A DNA stretch of 62,738 nt, the filler included, from Blastocystis sp. subtype 4 (lineage: Eukaryota): assembly GCF_000743755.1 (NCBI RefSeq). It is 2 parts of 2 records of this genome, joined end to end, with 100 filler letters (N's around TTAATTAATTAA, not from the genome) between each part and the next. Parts side by side here need not be neighbours in the genome. Positions count along the whole stretch, not along the records: positions 1 to 31,346 come from NW_014569435.1; positions 31,447 to 62,738 come from NW_014569434.1. One strand, given 5' to 3'. This document shows positions 25,746 to 38,477 of the stretch, in pieces. How positions within the stretch are numbered: the first letter of the stretch is position 1; every line of letters begins with the position of its first letter. The notes below the pieces were generated by a model. The model was not told the origin of the DNA. It saw nothing but the letters and a program-made list of their open reading frames with translations, and searched no databases. The translations under genes were made by a program, and so were the position numbers.

Positions 25746-27385
25746 ATGAAGGTAAAAACCATTGAAATTGCATGGCATCGACGACCAGAAGCAAACCACA
25801 ACGATCCTGTCCTTTCGGTAGACTTTCTTGATGATTCTATCTTTGCAACGGGTGGTGGGGATCATGAAGTAAAAGTACAAAGTTGGTGGATGGTTTCAAA
25901 AGATAGATTTGGAGATTGAACACAACCGGGGAAGAAGCCGTTGTTGAATATTGTTATTCGTTAAAAGGACATCAGCAATCGGTTAATGTCGTTCGTTTCT
26001 CGCCTGACAGTAGATTTGCATGGATAGTTGTCATTGATAGAAAAGTTGCTTGCATCGGCAGGAGATGGTTATGGAAGCGAATATTATTAATATGTAGATG
26101 GATGTATTATCATTTGGGGTTTGCGTGAAAAGGTGTGTTCAAACTGGAGTGAAATCACAAAGGATAACTGTTATTGGAAGAAGAATATCCGGTCAAATTG
26201 ATGTATCGAAATCACTTCTAGGGGTCATGCAATGGATATTTATGATATCAGTTGGTGTCCAAATAGTCAATTCCTTGTTAGTAGTGGTACAGACTCGAAT
26301 ATCATTATCTGGGGAATTGATGGTACTCAGTACACTCGTATCCATGATCATACTGGATACATCCAGGGAGTCGACTGGTCTCAAGATGACATGAATATTA
26401 TTAGTGTTGCCAATGATCGTACTGCTCGTATCTATAACTATACCAAATTCCCCGTGAACACCAAGTTGCAGGTGGATGATTGGAATTCAATTCGACCATT
26501 TCGTGAGGATTTTCGGATTAGCAAGAATCTTGTGAACAATCGACCTTGTACGTATTGAATGAGCTGGTGATTTATAGTAAATTGCAAAGCTGTGTTGAAA
26601 CGAATGCTCTTCTCTTATACTTCGGAATCGTCTGATGTACAAGATCCCCAGGCCATGGAGAATTCAGAATCTGGGGAAGCTGCGATGGATGTAGAGGATG
26701 ACTTTACTGCTGTTATTAGTACCTCTGATACACCAATAGTTGAGAAACCGAAGAAAGAAGAGAAAGGAGGTACCCGCGGTTTTTTCATGTATTTGGGGGA
26801 TACAGTTCCTTCATTTTATCGTCGTCCTCATTCGTCTTCCGATGGTGTATTGACTGTGATTCCTTGTGGTAAGAATGATAGTGAGATGATCATGTATAGG
26901 AGTATACTTACAATCAGAAGGTTCAATACCTCGTAATTGCTCATATATGTATTTGAATGGTGTTTGGGAGAAGTGCTTGTAAGTGATTTGTATGATCTGT
27001 AGACCAATCGCTTGTTATCCGGTGTTAAGTTTTCCAACGGTTGTGACTCGTTTTTCAAATACTCTTTATAAGCGAAAGGAAGATCAGAATGTGATGTCAT
27101 TGATTGGCTTACCGTACGAATGGAGAGTTGATATCAGATAGGTATTATCATGTATTTGCAGTAACGACAACAGAAGAAGTATTTGTATATTCGACTCAAT
27201 CAACCACTCCATTGTTCTACATATCGAATATTCACTATGCTCAGATCTGTGATTTTGCATGGTTGGACTAAAGAGATGAAGTGAGGTTTAGGAATGCTTC
27301 AGGCAACTGTGCTTTTACGGTGTCATCGGATGGATATTGTACATTAATTCAATTTGAGGAAGGAGAGTTAGGGGAGAAACTGTAA
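25746..27385 (+). CDS. CHAF1B: Chromatin assembly factor 1 subunit B (p60/Cac2)
   Basis: MKVKTIEIAWH..PVLSVDF, VNVVRFSP, DIYDISW, HTGYIQGVDW, SFYRR, NIHYA..DFAW, SSDGYC. Confidence 0.88.
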
Positions 27386-27439
27386 TCTTGAATGTTTGTT
27401 GAGATGAAACACATTATTCCACGAATACGGGATTGAATC

Positions 27440-28386
27440 ATGCAAGACTCTTCCGATGAGGACCTTGAAGTTGTTTATGATGAAGACTATGATCCACAAC
27501 GAGAGGAAGAGTTAAAACAGCAATTAGCCACAAAACAAGGATCTCTATCGGGGTATTGGGCACGTATGCTTTTCTATTTGAATACTATGCATAGAATGCT
27601 TCAATCAAAATGCTGGTAAGTATTGGCATGAGTTTTATAAACGAAATGGAAATCGCTTTTTCAAAGATCGGCATTATCTCGATATTGTATTTGATGAACT
27701 AAATGTATTGGAGAAAGATGGAGTAGGAATCTGAGATTATTATTCATTTTAGAAGCAACAGTTGTCTCTACTCGAAGTTGGTTGTGGAGTTGGAAATGCC
27801 TTTTTCCCGTTATGTGAGAAATACCCTTCACTCCAACTTTATGGTTGTGATTTTGCCAAATCTGCAGTTGAAATAATTCGTGTAAGAGATTCATCTGTGT
27901 TTGATCTAGAATCGTGCTGAATTTGACAAATCCCGAATGACAGTATGGCAAGCAGATTTAGTGAAAGATGATATTTCTCATGAAGTTCCTGAAGAAGGAT
28001 GTGATGTATTATTGATCATGTTTGTCTTGTCAGCCGTCAATCCCAAGAACATGGATGCGTTTTTGGATCATGCTTTGCAAGTGAGTGTTTCTGAGTCATG
28101 ATCATGTAGGGACTCAAGAAAGGTGGTGTATTACTGTTTCGCGATTATGGACGTTACGACATGGCGCAAATCCGATTCAAGCCCAATCGAAAGATCGAAG
28201 ATAATTGGTATGCCCGTCAAGATGGAACATTGGCGTATTTCTTTGATTTAGATGAAGTGGATGACTTGTTTCAGCGTCATGGTTTGAAGAAACGAAAGAA
28301 TACAGCCATTCGTCGTTGTATTCGGAACCGAAAGACAAACTGTGAGATGCATCGTGTGTGGATCCAGTCAATTTACGAAAAGATGT
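27440..28386 (+). CDS. METTL6: tRNA m3C methyltransferase (METTL6/Trm140-like)
   Basis: KYWHEFYK..FFKDRHYL, LEVGCGVGNA, CDF, FRDYGRYDMAQ, RQDGT..YFF, MHRVWIQ. Stop probably made by poly(A) at T28386; genomic TAA at 28398-28400. Confidence 0.85.
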
Positions 28387-28465
28387 TAATTATTTGTTAA
28401 AGAAACAACCTCTTTGGAGTCTAAACACATACAATAAGATAGAGTAAATAATTGGATGACAAATA

Positions 28466-30925
28466 CTACTGAGTCTTCGGACGACACTTCTCGCACTGCT
28501 TCTTACAATACTGATAGGTCTTCTTACTCCAATCCACAACCTTTCCCCAACCCATTGCAGATTTCTCCTTCACCACTTTCCAACCATTGCTGGAGTGTCT
28601 TTTCACAGCTGTCCAGCATGCACCGGATTTGGTTTTGAATGAGCTCCAGCATCCACCTGATCCAGTCTTGAGAGAGCCCCAACATCCTTTCGACTTCGTT
28701 TTGACAGAGACCCAGCAGACCTTGGACTTCTCCTTCACGTCAACCCAGGAGCGACTCGAATTCAATGCAGAGTTATCGAGTATTTGACTAGCAGAAGTAG
28801 TAATCAGTGCAAAGCGAAGATATTTCCCATTCTGCCGAACGAGTTCAAACAGATTCGAACGACCTTCCAATCAATTTACCAATAAGTTCTTACAATCAGA
28901 GGTCAATACAGATACATATCTAAATGGATGCCAACCTAACGAAATTGTGGATAATTTTGGAAGATCTAAGAATCATGTGATAATTGGAATTCCAACTCTC
29001 TAGTCGAATTGTTCCGATACATTGGAATGCATGGTTTCCTCCTATGAGTGTGGTTAGTGATGGAAGATCTAAAGATTGATCATCAAGGCCTAGTTGACTA
29101 CTTTTCAGAACGAGATGATTCTGGAAGGTGAATGGTTTTTCTCCAACTAATCGATGATCTTCGTCTCCTCGAAGAGCATAGTCACTCAGCTGTAATGTCT
29201 CCAATTTAGGTAGATCTGAGTAAGAAGAAGGACATATTACTACTCTCAAAGATGGCAAAATGGCAGAAACAAAAAGCTGAAACTTGAAGTGTAACCTTCC
29301 GAAGAGAAGGAAGATCTAAGAATGAAGCAAATTGAATGATTCTCACTCTTCAAATTTAGAGAACGAGCAAAGCAGAAGCACCACCAACCCATCGTAATAG
29401 ATTCAAGAGATGGGAGATTATTCAGTTCAAAGGTAGCATAGTCAGAGAATGAGTAATCTCCGAATGAGATTGATTTCAGTTTAGGACAATTGGAGATTCG
29501 GCAGATTCTATTACTACGAACATCCGAATTCTCCTCATCTCTACTCAATGTGAAACTCTTTGAACCAATATGAACACTTTCTAATTCCGTCATATCAGTA
29601 ATTTCAAAGGTTGAACAATGAGCATAACATGAATCACCAATCTCAATACGACGAATTCCATTCATTGTTGCTGAGGTGACCTCCTTATAAGAGGGAGTAT
29701 TAAAGGAATAATCACTCACTTTCAACAGTTCACCTGGCAAACAACCTTGATCCCAAGTTCCACTTTTTACCACGTTTCCATTTTCATCCACCACACGTCC
29801 TTCTCCATGTCTTGATCCGTCTTTCCATTCTCCAATATACAATGGAAGACCTTCGTGATATTCAGTGCCATAACCATTTCGAAGACCATTATCGAAATGG
29901 CCAACATATAAGGCTGTCTCACCATCTTCCTGATATTCAGTACCTTCATCTTTCCTAAAATACCCAGTTTTCATGTCACCTCCATAACCACCTTCATAAT
30001 GTCGTATTCCGTGTTCATCATATTCAATCATAATATCTCCTTTCAATTCAATAAGGATTCGCTGCAATTCATTCGCATGATATTCACATATACGCGAGAC
30101 ATGACCATTCTCAAACTCATAACATCTTCCTTCTTTCTCCACATTCAGTGCATCGTATTGAGAAACGCTTACAAGTACTTTCCTTTCATCAATTTCCTGG
30201 TAATAACCTGGCATCTCTTCCATGTGAGGATGGACAAAGAATCCATGGATCATATCACCGACAAAAGGGCCATCGTATATAATACAACCAGAAGCATTAT
30301 AGACAATCATATTGTTATCATGAAATTCATGAACAGGCTTCTCCTCGCCGTTCACATAAAAGTACTCCTTTACCAGTTGATTGTTAGTAAAGGTATAACA
30401 CTTACCATTTTTGTATTTCAGTTTTTCATCGTATTGCGAGATAGATAAAAGTTCTCCAGAGACTTTTATCTCATCGTAGAAACCAGGAATGGTTTCACTC
30501 TTCTGGAGAGTCGAGTAACGCTCTCCATTACGATAAAAACCCAGCCAGATTTGTTTCTGGTAATCATCAAACTCCTGAAAAGTTCCAAATTCCACACCTT
30601 GACGCAATTCACCTTTCATGATGACATTGCCAAATCTGTTAGTTTTAGTTACCTCTCCTTCAGGTTCTCCGTTAACATACTTCAATCTCATATACAGTGT
30701 ATTGTTTGGTCTAAGGATTGTTGCTAGTCCCTCCCGCTTCCCGTCCTTCATCAGCACCTTCATCTTATATCCCTCGAACTTTCCATTAAACTGAACTACA
30801 ACCTCTCTGTTAGAAGTATTACCCGGAGTGACAGGATCAATACTACTGACATCAAATTCATGCAGAAATCCTCGCGTCTCTGTTGAGTCAACAAATAAGG
30901 ATACATTGGCCAGAAGCTCAGCCAT
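28466..30925 (-). CDS. MORN-repeat + leucine-rich-repeat protein with 11-mer Trp-periodic tail
   Basis: MORN-like YVGHFDNGLRNGYGTEY / YIGEWKDGSRHGEG, LRR-like ISNCPKLKSISFG, LNNLPSLESITMG, DLPKLETL, DLPSLTTL. Joining of the last exons is inferred. Confidence 0.7.
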
Positions 30926-31346
30926 AGTTAATTATGGAATTTGTTTGTCCCTTATTGTCTGGTTAATTAAATATGTCCCCTTATTTGTGACCCAATTGTC
31001 ACCTATATGCCTGAAACTCCTGTATTTGTCAATACACTGATTCAGAATGGGGTCTTAACGTCTATATCTTCTCAAACTGGGTCAGTCCTTAATGAGTCAC
31101 AGTGATAGTCTAGAAGAATGGAGGAATATACGAAATTGGAAGTAGATGAAATAAGGAGTTGGATAGTTCTTAATGGAAATGGACTGTGAAGAGAGAAGCA
31201 ACTCATCTTGAGAAGAAATTGGATTCAAAGAAAGTAAACGAAGTTAGAAACAACAATTCTATTAGTTTACATCAAATTAGTGGTTGTAGGAAAGAAGCAG
31301 AGTAGGTCTTAAACAAATACTATAAACTTCACCATTTAACAAAGCT

Positions 31347-31446
31347 NNNNNNNNNNNNNNNNNNNNNNNNNNNNNNNNNNNNNNNNNNNNTTAATTAATT
31401 AANNNNNNNNNNNNNNNNNNNNNNNNNNNNNNNNNNNNNNNNNNNN
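31347..31446. other. Assembly gap with artificial six-frame-stop linker
   Basis: 44 N + TTAATTAATTAA (31391-31402) + 44 N. Confidence 0.97.
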
Positions 31447-31631
31447 ATATCAGCGTACCAACGCTGATTGGCCTTCTTACCAAGGAGATGGACCTTGCGG
31501 TAAGAGAACATTTCCTGCTTCTGGAAGGCAGCTTGGTTCTACAAACATGTTAACTTCCTGCTTCCTATGAAAATCCACTCTCCTCTCGAATTCGATTAGT
31601 CATAACATACCTGCTCCTGAATATCAGCCAT
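31447..31631 (-). CDS. RPS11: 40S ribosomal protein S11 (uS17), 5' part truncated by the gap
   Basis: MADIQEQ|NQAAFQKQEMFSYRKVHLLGKKANQRWYADI with a 72-nt intron (31539-31610) matches the uS17 N-terminus. Confidence 0.85.
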
Positions 31632-31784
31632 TGTATCTAATTGATTAAGATAAGTCGGTGTGATAATGAAGAAACGAGCTTCAATTCAAGGAATTGTTAG
31701 TGAGGTGGGGATAAAACGAATTTCCCTAATTCTCTGATACTATAGTCACACACCCCCATTGTAGAGCCAAATAACAAACAAGAG

Positions 31785-32601
31785 AGAATCTTAGTAAATC
31801 ATCTATCGATAACTGTAGTATGGTTAGTGTATTCTCCCAAACCACAAATCTTGCTATGGGTAGTGTCATACCTCCCTGGACATTGCTACTTCGTTCTCAT
31901 TACCAGCTACCCATCAGAAATCTATTTGAATACATACATGGAACATCAGGATACTGAGAGAGAGAGGGAAGAGATATATGTTTTCGGATCATTGCTTTCA
32001 ATCAAGGAACGTAATAAAGAAGAAAGCAAGGATATGGTCACTTCATGAATTGAAATGCTTCCTTTATCAGATAGAAAAGCCAAAGAATCATCTAAATCAA
32101 TGATTTGAGGTTCATTTTCTCGGATTCGATTGTGATCATGAATGTACTTCCAGACATGAAAGAGAATCTATTGGATTGCTCTAATATCTGGATTCCTACT
32201 TCCTTCCCTGAACACTCTTGCTTTCCAGTAATTTTGGCTAAAGCAGGTTCAACAAGAAAAAACGAATCCAGTGAAGTGTTAGAACTCACTGAACTTGATT
32301 GGGACTGACGATGAGTGAAGATGTATGCATCGATCTCTTCACTAATTGCTTGGTACTCACTAGACAAACTATACATCACTTTGACAACCATTTTCAACTC
32401 TTCTCCACATTCCTCCTCCAATTGTTTTATTAAGGAGTATTTTGAAACTATATTCATATCCACGTCATCCAACAATTGTCGGAGAATACTAATACACTCT
32501 GATCTTTCCTCCTGACCATCTACCGATACATTTTGCGTCTCTACATCTCTCTGTAATCTTTCTTCGTCTCTGTAACTGTCTACATCATGATCCTGTTCCA
32601 T
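31785..32601 (-). CDS. DEK-C + SWIB domain protein (UAF30-like); 3' end uncertain
   Basis: DEK-C-like ILRQLLDDVDMNIVS..LEEECG..ISEEID; SWIB ILFHVWKYIHDHN...IIDLDDSLAFL...IHEVTAMIRKHI. Confidence 0.75.
31996..32035 (-). other. U12-type intron with apparent AT-AA termini in the SWIB gene (40 nt)
   Basis: ATATCCTT donor, TCCTTGAT branch; only the AA acceptor keeps the SWIB frame (EVT|AMIRKHI). Confidence 0.7.
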
Positions 32602-32648
32602 GAGATGAAGTTGCCAAAATGTATCTGTTACAAACAGGTAGGAAAAAA

Positions 32649-33726
32649 TCAGGATGAAAAATGGTCTTTAGCGCCGCGGTTCTTGCAATCGATACACTGA
32701 CATTGATCGCCACAACGAACACCAGAATTGAAACATTCACAGTACTTCTTATCACAATGGGTTTTGCGACAGCGACAACCACTCCGATTGATTCCCCTCT
32801 ATACATCATCCATTCTCCCCTTCTCTACCTTTTTGTCAACATGACTATCAAAACAGTGCGGATCCCTGTTAAGCATCTGCTGAATAGTCTCTTCTCGTTC
32901 CTCTTCGTGACGAGGATTGTTGTAACAAGCCAGGCAATTGCACTCACTATTACAATACCCACGATTCTTGAAGCATTCACAATATAGTTTCAAGCAATGA
33001 CTACGACGACAGTTACAAGACGTACATCCAGAAGAAGTATTTGAGGATGTATTATGAAAACGGACACGATCGCCAACTTCACGCCTCTTTGATATGGAAC
33101 GAACTGTGGGTTCTGGCTTTACAATATCTTCAGACTCATGCCTTGAATTTGTCAAACAGGAGGTAAACGAAGGAGGGCACGGAGGATGGACTGGAAAATG
33201 ACGGGTTTTGCTGGGAGGAAGAATCGCATCATTGCTCTCCGATCGCTTGATCGAACTCTGACTGAATGAAGAGAGAGACGAACAGGAGGTTGTGCTTGTG
33301 CAACTGTTGTAGGTAACAATCTCTCCAGTTGCTGATGGGAGAGAACTGGACTGGGGAAGGATCTCTTGTTCATTATCATCACACTAGAAATCAGTCTCTT
33401 GTTCGAGACTTACAAAACGAAAAGATGTGGTATTTGTTAAAGGGATCGCCAGTTTCAGAGGACTGGATATTTCAGGACGCCACTCATCATCATCTCCATC
33501 AGTGTTCTCTGTCAGAACAAGTGCTCTTCTTTTTGTTTTCTTTGTTAATGATACCTTCTGATTTTTCATTCCCTAAACAATCAATCTCACCAGCCTCTCC
33601 CACCATCAGGATATCGATACAACTAAGGGTATTAGGACTTACACAACCCATTGGCTGTCCCATGGATGTACTATTTTCTATGCTATTTTCGTTCGTTTCA
33701 CCCTTTATAACATTTGAACTACTCAT
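32649..33726 (-). CDS. Tesmin/TSO1 CXC (CRC)-domain protein (LIN54-like)
   Basis: Two CXC units: CNCRRSHCLKLYCECF..CNCLACYN and GCRCRKTHCDKKYCECF..CQCIDCKN. Confidence 0.88.
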
Positions 33727-34206
33727 AGTTTCTTCACGGATTTGTCTATAAAAAACGTTAGTCCATCCCTTCTACAACAAAATGATCACACTTATATGAG
33801 ACCTAAAAGCCTTTTTAACAACGACAGAAACAACACTCACTGGCTCTTCAGTTCTTGGGAAGAAAGGTCTTTTCAGGCAATAGATGAGAAGGAGATGGTT
33901 GACTCTACACTTCTCAAGAAGTTATGGGAATGATCCTTTTGGCTTTTAAGGGAGAAAGACAATAGATGACCAGCCATTTGAAACTGTCAATAACCATGGG
34001 GGTAGAATCGCGAGAATTCAAATCTCTCTCCTGTTTTTCATATATTAATACCTGATATCGAGAGAGTAATCATTGTACCTGTCGGTCCATCTCTGGGACT
34101 GTTTAATTTCAGACATAACCTTCTCTATGAAGACGGAACATGCGTTGTTCTAACAAACAGTTCTTTTTTCTTTCTATACAACTCTATCAGTCTGACAAGG
34201 AGATTT

Positions 34207-35418
34207 TTATGCTTGGATCTTTCCTTTATTAAAGATTAGAATACCTAGACACACAATGATGGTAGCGACTGCTTTACTTGTAGTAAGACATTGGTTTACA
34301 TCCATTCTACTTTACACTTCGCATGAATAACCTACTTGCAAAACAAGTAACTAGACACAAGAAATACAACACAGGCACGAACACATTGCAAGAGACCTGT
34401 CCAAACAGCACCAAGAACGCCTTGAATCGAAAACAAAGCCCAAGAATGAACAAAATGCGATAGAATATAGAGTCCCGTTGCTTTCAGTGCCATCTAAATT
34501 AAAAGAGATTAAAAAGAATACTGTAAGAGTAGCATGATGGGATAACAAGGGACGAAGAATCAAGGTTTGACGGTGAGGATCTAAAGAACATCGGGAATCT
34601 AAGCAAGTACAAGTATCAAAACAGATCAATAACAATGATATGGAAGTATTAATGATGCCGATCCATTTGCACGTCTCTTTCGATCCTTTATTCCCAGGAA
34701 GTGTCTATATAACGATAAGAAGACATTACGTACAGAAATGTACTCATTGAGAATGTAGCTAAGAGCGTAGAACTGAGCACCCAAAAGAGTCAGAAGAATG
34801 CCAGTGAGAGGAGAATTACCTGATGTATTAGTTGATAGTGGTGACAAGATTAATCCAAATGTCACAATAAGGATTCCTAGCCATTGGAGTGGGCTGATCT
34901 TTCGTTTCAAAAAGACGAAGGAAAAGAGGGCACTCCAAATAGCAACAGAACTAAAGGCAACTTGAAACAAACCACTACCACAATAAGAGAGTCTATACAT
35001 GATGCAATCAGACCAAATAGACCCAATTGTTCGAATAATATATCCCGTAAAGTCACACAAAGCAGTAGCAACATATGCAATACGAAGTGCCCGCGAAGAA
35101 TTCTGAATGGACTTGGACTCTTTGATCACTACATCACTCTCTCTTTGAAGGAGCAACTGGGATTCGATATCATCTCTCGAAAGCTTTTGTTGATCAGAAC
35201 CAGAAGGTGAAACATCAGCAAACTGAATTGGAGAGAGTCCAATAAGGGCAGAAGAGAAGTAATATGCAAATAGACTGAACATAGATCTCATATCTATTTC
35301 AAATAATTCGATACAAGGATTACGTACTTGTTGCGCCTAAATAAACAATCCTCTGAGCACATAGAGTATCAACGACACCAGAGGCTAAAAACAGAAAAAT
35401 AAGCAAGATCGAATTCAT
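34207..35418 (-). CDS. DMT-superfamily / nucleotide-sugar-transporter-like membrane protein
   Basis: Multiple TM helices; GSGLFQVAFSSVAIWSALFSFVFLKRKISPLQWLGILIVTFGL. Confidence 0.75.
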
Positions 35419-35484
35419 TAGCGAGAATCTCAAATGGAACTCTCCACGAAAATGAATTAGAGAAAACAATGTTAAAATAACACA

Positions 35485-38145
35485 TTAACATCCGAGTCTT
35501 CGTCGAATCACCTCTAGGGACTGTCGCATATCATCAATATCGCTTAATTTGTCTTCACTAAATCTGGACGATCCTGTTGTCAATTGCTCTACAGCTACTG
35601 TTAGCTTTTCTAGTTGTTTGGCCATTGATTCAACAGCTTGGAGTCGTTGTTCTAAAGAATCGAGTCTCTTAATGATCTCTTCAGATTCACTTCCACTCAT
35701 AGAAGAAAAACGAGGAAGTACTACTGAAGAACGGGAACTTCCTTGTCGGTTGGCTACTTCTGGAGCAGGTGACTGGTTATAGGAGCGCCGTATTTCTCCC
35801 ACAGTTGGTGGGTGATCGGAAGGGACTCGTTGTTGAGTTGAATCAGAGTTGCTTGGCAAGTAGTCGGCTGTTCTGCGGATTTGAGGTTGGGCAATAGATG
35901 GAGGGCCTCGGATTTGAGGCTGAGCAATGGAAGCACTTCGGGACTGAGATTGAGCAACAGTTGATGAACGTGACTGAGGAGCAACAGCCGATGTGACACG
36001 AACTGGCTGACTGATGGATGGAGAACGTGGCTGAGTCACAGCGGAAGTACTTTGAGAGACAGATGTCCGAGGAGGTTGTGAGCCTGTAGGAGAATCAGGT
36101 CTATGAGTACCAGGAATCGAAACAGCTGAAGAAGACTTAGGCTGTGTTCCCTTTGCCTGCAAGTTGAGACAGAGGCGAGTCCGAGACTTTTCTAATTGAG
36201 CACTATGAATCACTTGCTAGCAGAATCCCAACACAGCACCTCCTCCTTTAATAATTGTCTCTATAAATGAGCCAATATGCGAAAACCTACGATAACTATC
36301 AGGAGCCTTGAAAATGGATGAACGACGAGTTACTAGACTGATACATGACTATAATTCCTACTTCCTTTGGAGGTAACCCGATCATCCTTCATCTCCATGG
36401 CGGATGAACCACTCCGATTGGAGAATGTAGAGACACGAGAAATACCATCATGTTGGGACTGGAGTGTAGTCAGTGTAACTTTGCTGCTTTGCTGAACTGT
36501 TGACGCTAGTCTAGACTAATATCTCACTAGAACTCCTACGATTGCATCTGCTTCTGGAGTTGTTGGACTGATTCTGAAGACAAATCTAAGTTACACACTT
36601 CATTCATATCAGTACTCTTAGAACGGAAACTCTGTAACCATTGCTCGATATCAGCTGGTTTTAACAACTTCATTTCACTATCCGAATCCGATCGAAGTAA
36701 TCCTTTGGATATAGAAGCAGGTTTGGTGATAACACCACGAATCCAATCAGCAGATGAGATAGCTGCTGATGGTGCCGGACATTTTCCATAAATCTCCTAG
36801 AGATGAGAAGAAGAGGTCAATCTCACTTGAATACTAGCTCCAGCTTGATGAGGCATCGAAATCGACATCTCGTCAATACCCGAATCCACATTAATACGAA
36901 GGAATCTAGTCCTTAGAACGAGTTAGAATGAACACCTGTCAACCTCATTCTTGTTGAAGTCAAGGAGATGTTGAGGAACCATTGCAAGAGACTTAACACT
37001 GCTCCGAAGACTAATTAGGATACAGTTACCTCCTTCTAAGCATAAGATAAAGACTTCGATCTCACCTCGATTTGTCCACATACTCACATCATCAACATCA
37101 ATCCCATTCAGCTTTGCATCACCTCGTCCTGCATACCATAACACATGACAGCATGGATTATAGAAAGGAACAAAGGGGCCTGGACTCTATATCTTATGAT
37201 AAAGACACAATTCCACATTATCGGCTGTGATCGTGTATACCGAATTCTCAATGTTCCGAATATCCCGAAGGACCACTTCACGATTACTTCGACGACTATA
37301 ACCAGTCGTTACCAAATAATAACTATCTCCTAACCATGTCATATAACTACGGCGAGGAGAAGCGTGTCCCTGAGGATAAAGAGAATATTTAAACAATACT
37401 TCCCATGTCACAACAGTCGATGAAGTACGTGAGTCCCAGATACGATACTCTCGATTCTTCAAACCAGTACATAGTAAAGAGCCTGTAAAATCCCATTTCA
37501 TCTCCTGGAGCTGGATTTCCTTCACTGCCATTGTTGTAATCTCCTTGGTACTGAACACATCCCATACACGACAAGTACCGTCACTAGATATCATTCATAT
37601 TCGATCCAGTACCTCGAACCCGTTGCAACAATGTTGGACGCCACGGGGTTATACTCCATAGTAACGACTTTCCTGCGATGTCCCTCCAATGTAAGAACAG
37701 GCTCCAATCCAGGGTCAATAACACCCTCCTTTGGAATCTTCCATAACTATAATCAAACAAGCCTGTAGAAAATACCTTAATCTCTCCATCATCAGCTCCA
37801 GTCAACAGAAGCGAACTATTAAATGGATCGAAGGCAAAAGAGGAAACGGCATATCTACATCCACAAGTATCGAAATCACTACTTATGACAATTCAAACGA
37901 GTCGAATTGTGAGTATATCGCTCACTTCCACAGACAGGTCGAATATACAACTGGCCTGTGGGACCAGCTACAGGCACAGCAAACAGAAGTCCGTTCGTTT
38001 TCACAACTACTTGGTCCACATTGGATGACGGGAGGCTAATGTCGGTGTACCGACACGTATCTACTTAAACAAACGCAAGTGCAAATCTACCCGTCAACAT
38101 CTGAGAATCCAAAAAGCGAAATCTGGATGCTTTATACGGATCCAT
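35485..38145 (-). CDS. Coronin
   Basis: N-terminal SRFRF, WD repeats (TGADDG, GHASPR..WLG..VTTGYSRRSNRE, AGRGD), DLFQ..IYG-type DUF1900 region and C-terminal coiled coil. Confidence 0.85.
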
Positions 38146-38341
38146 ACACACAAATAATCAAGGATATTCCTAAAAATCAAAGAGAATGAAAACTTGGGAT
38201 TGATATCCTGAAAAGAGGAGACGGAAATAGTCAGATTTTCTGTTCAATACATACATAGCACACTCTTCATGAACCGATCATTAAGACACAACAATACCCA
38301 CTCTTTGTGTTCATTATTACAATAAACTTGAAAAGAAAAGA

Positions 38342-38414
38342 TGACTATACCGAGGCTCGAACTCGGGATCTCTCGCGTGTCAGGCGAGCGTGTTAGCCAC
38401 TGCACTATACAGTC
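38342..38414 (-). tRNA. tRNA-Val(GAC)
   Basis: Cloverleaf: acceptor GACTGTA/TATAGTC, anticodon arm CTCGC-CTGACAC-GCGAG, T arm CCGAG-TTCGAGC-CTCGG, discriminator A. No encoded CCA; T4 runs just downstream. Confidence 0.95.
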
Positions 38415-38477
38415 TGATATAAAAAGTCCTGATTAATCTATTTAAGGTAAACAACTGAACCTCAAATACTCAACATC

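Noticed and set aside
30944..30990. Duplicated TGTCCC(C)TTATT upstream of the MORN/LRR gene
   Set aside because: Only two imperfect copies; cannot be distinguished from chance without paralog promoters.
31391..31402. Palindromic TTAATTAATTAA
   Set aside because: Centred between two 44-N runs: an artificial six-frame-stop scaffolding linker. Adjacency across the gap is therefore unverified.
33790..34140. Possible small minus-strand gene
   Set aside because: Several splice models are possible, none giving a recognisable or uniquely supported ORF.
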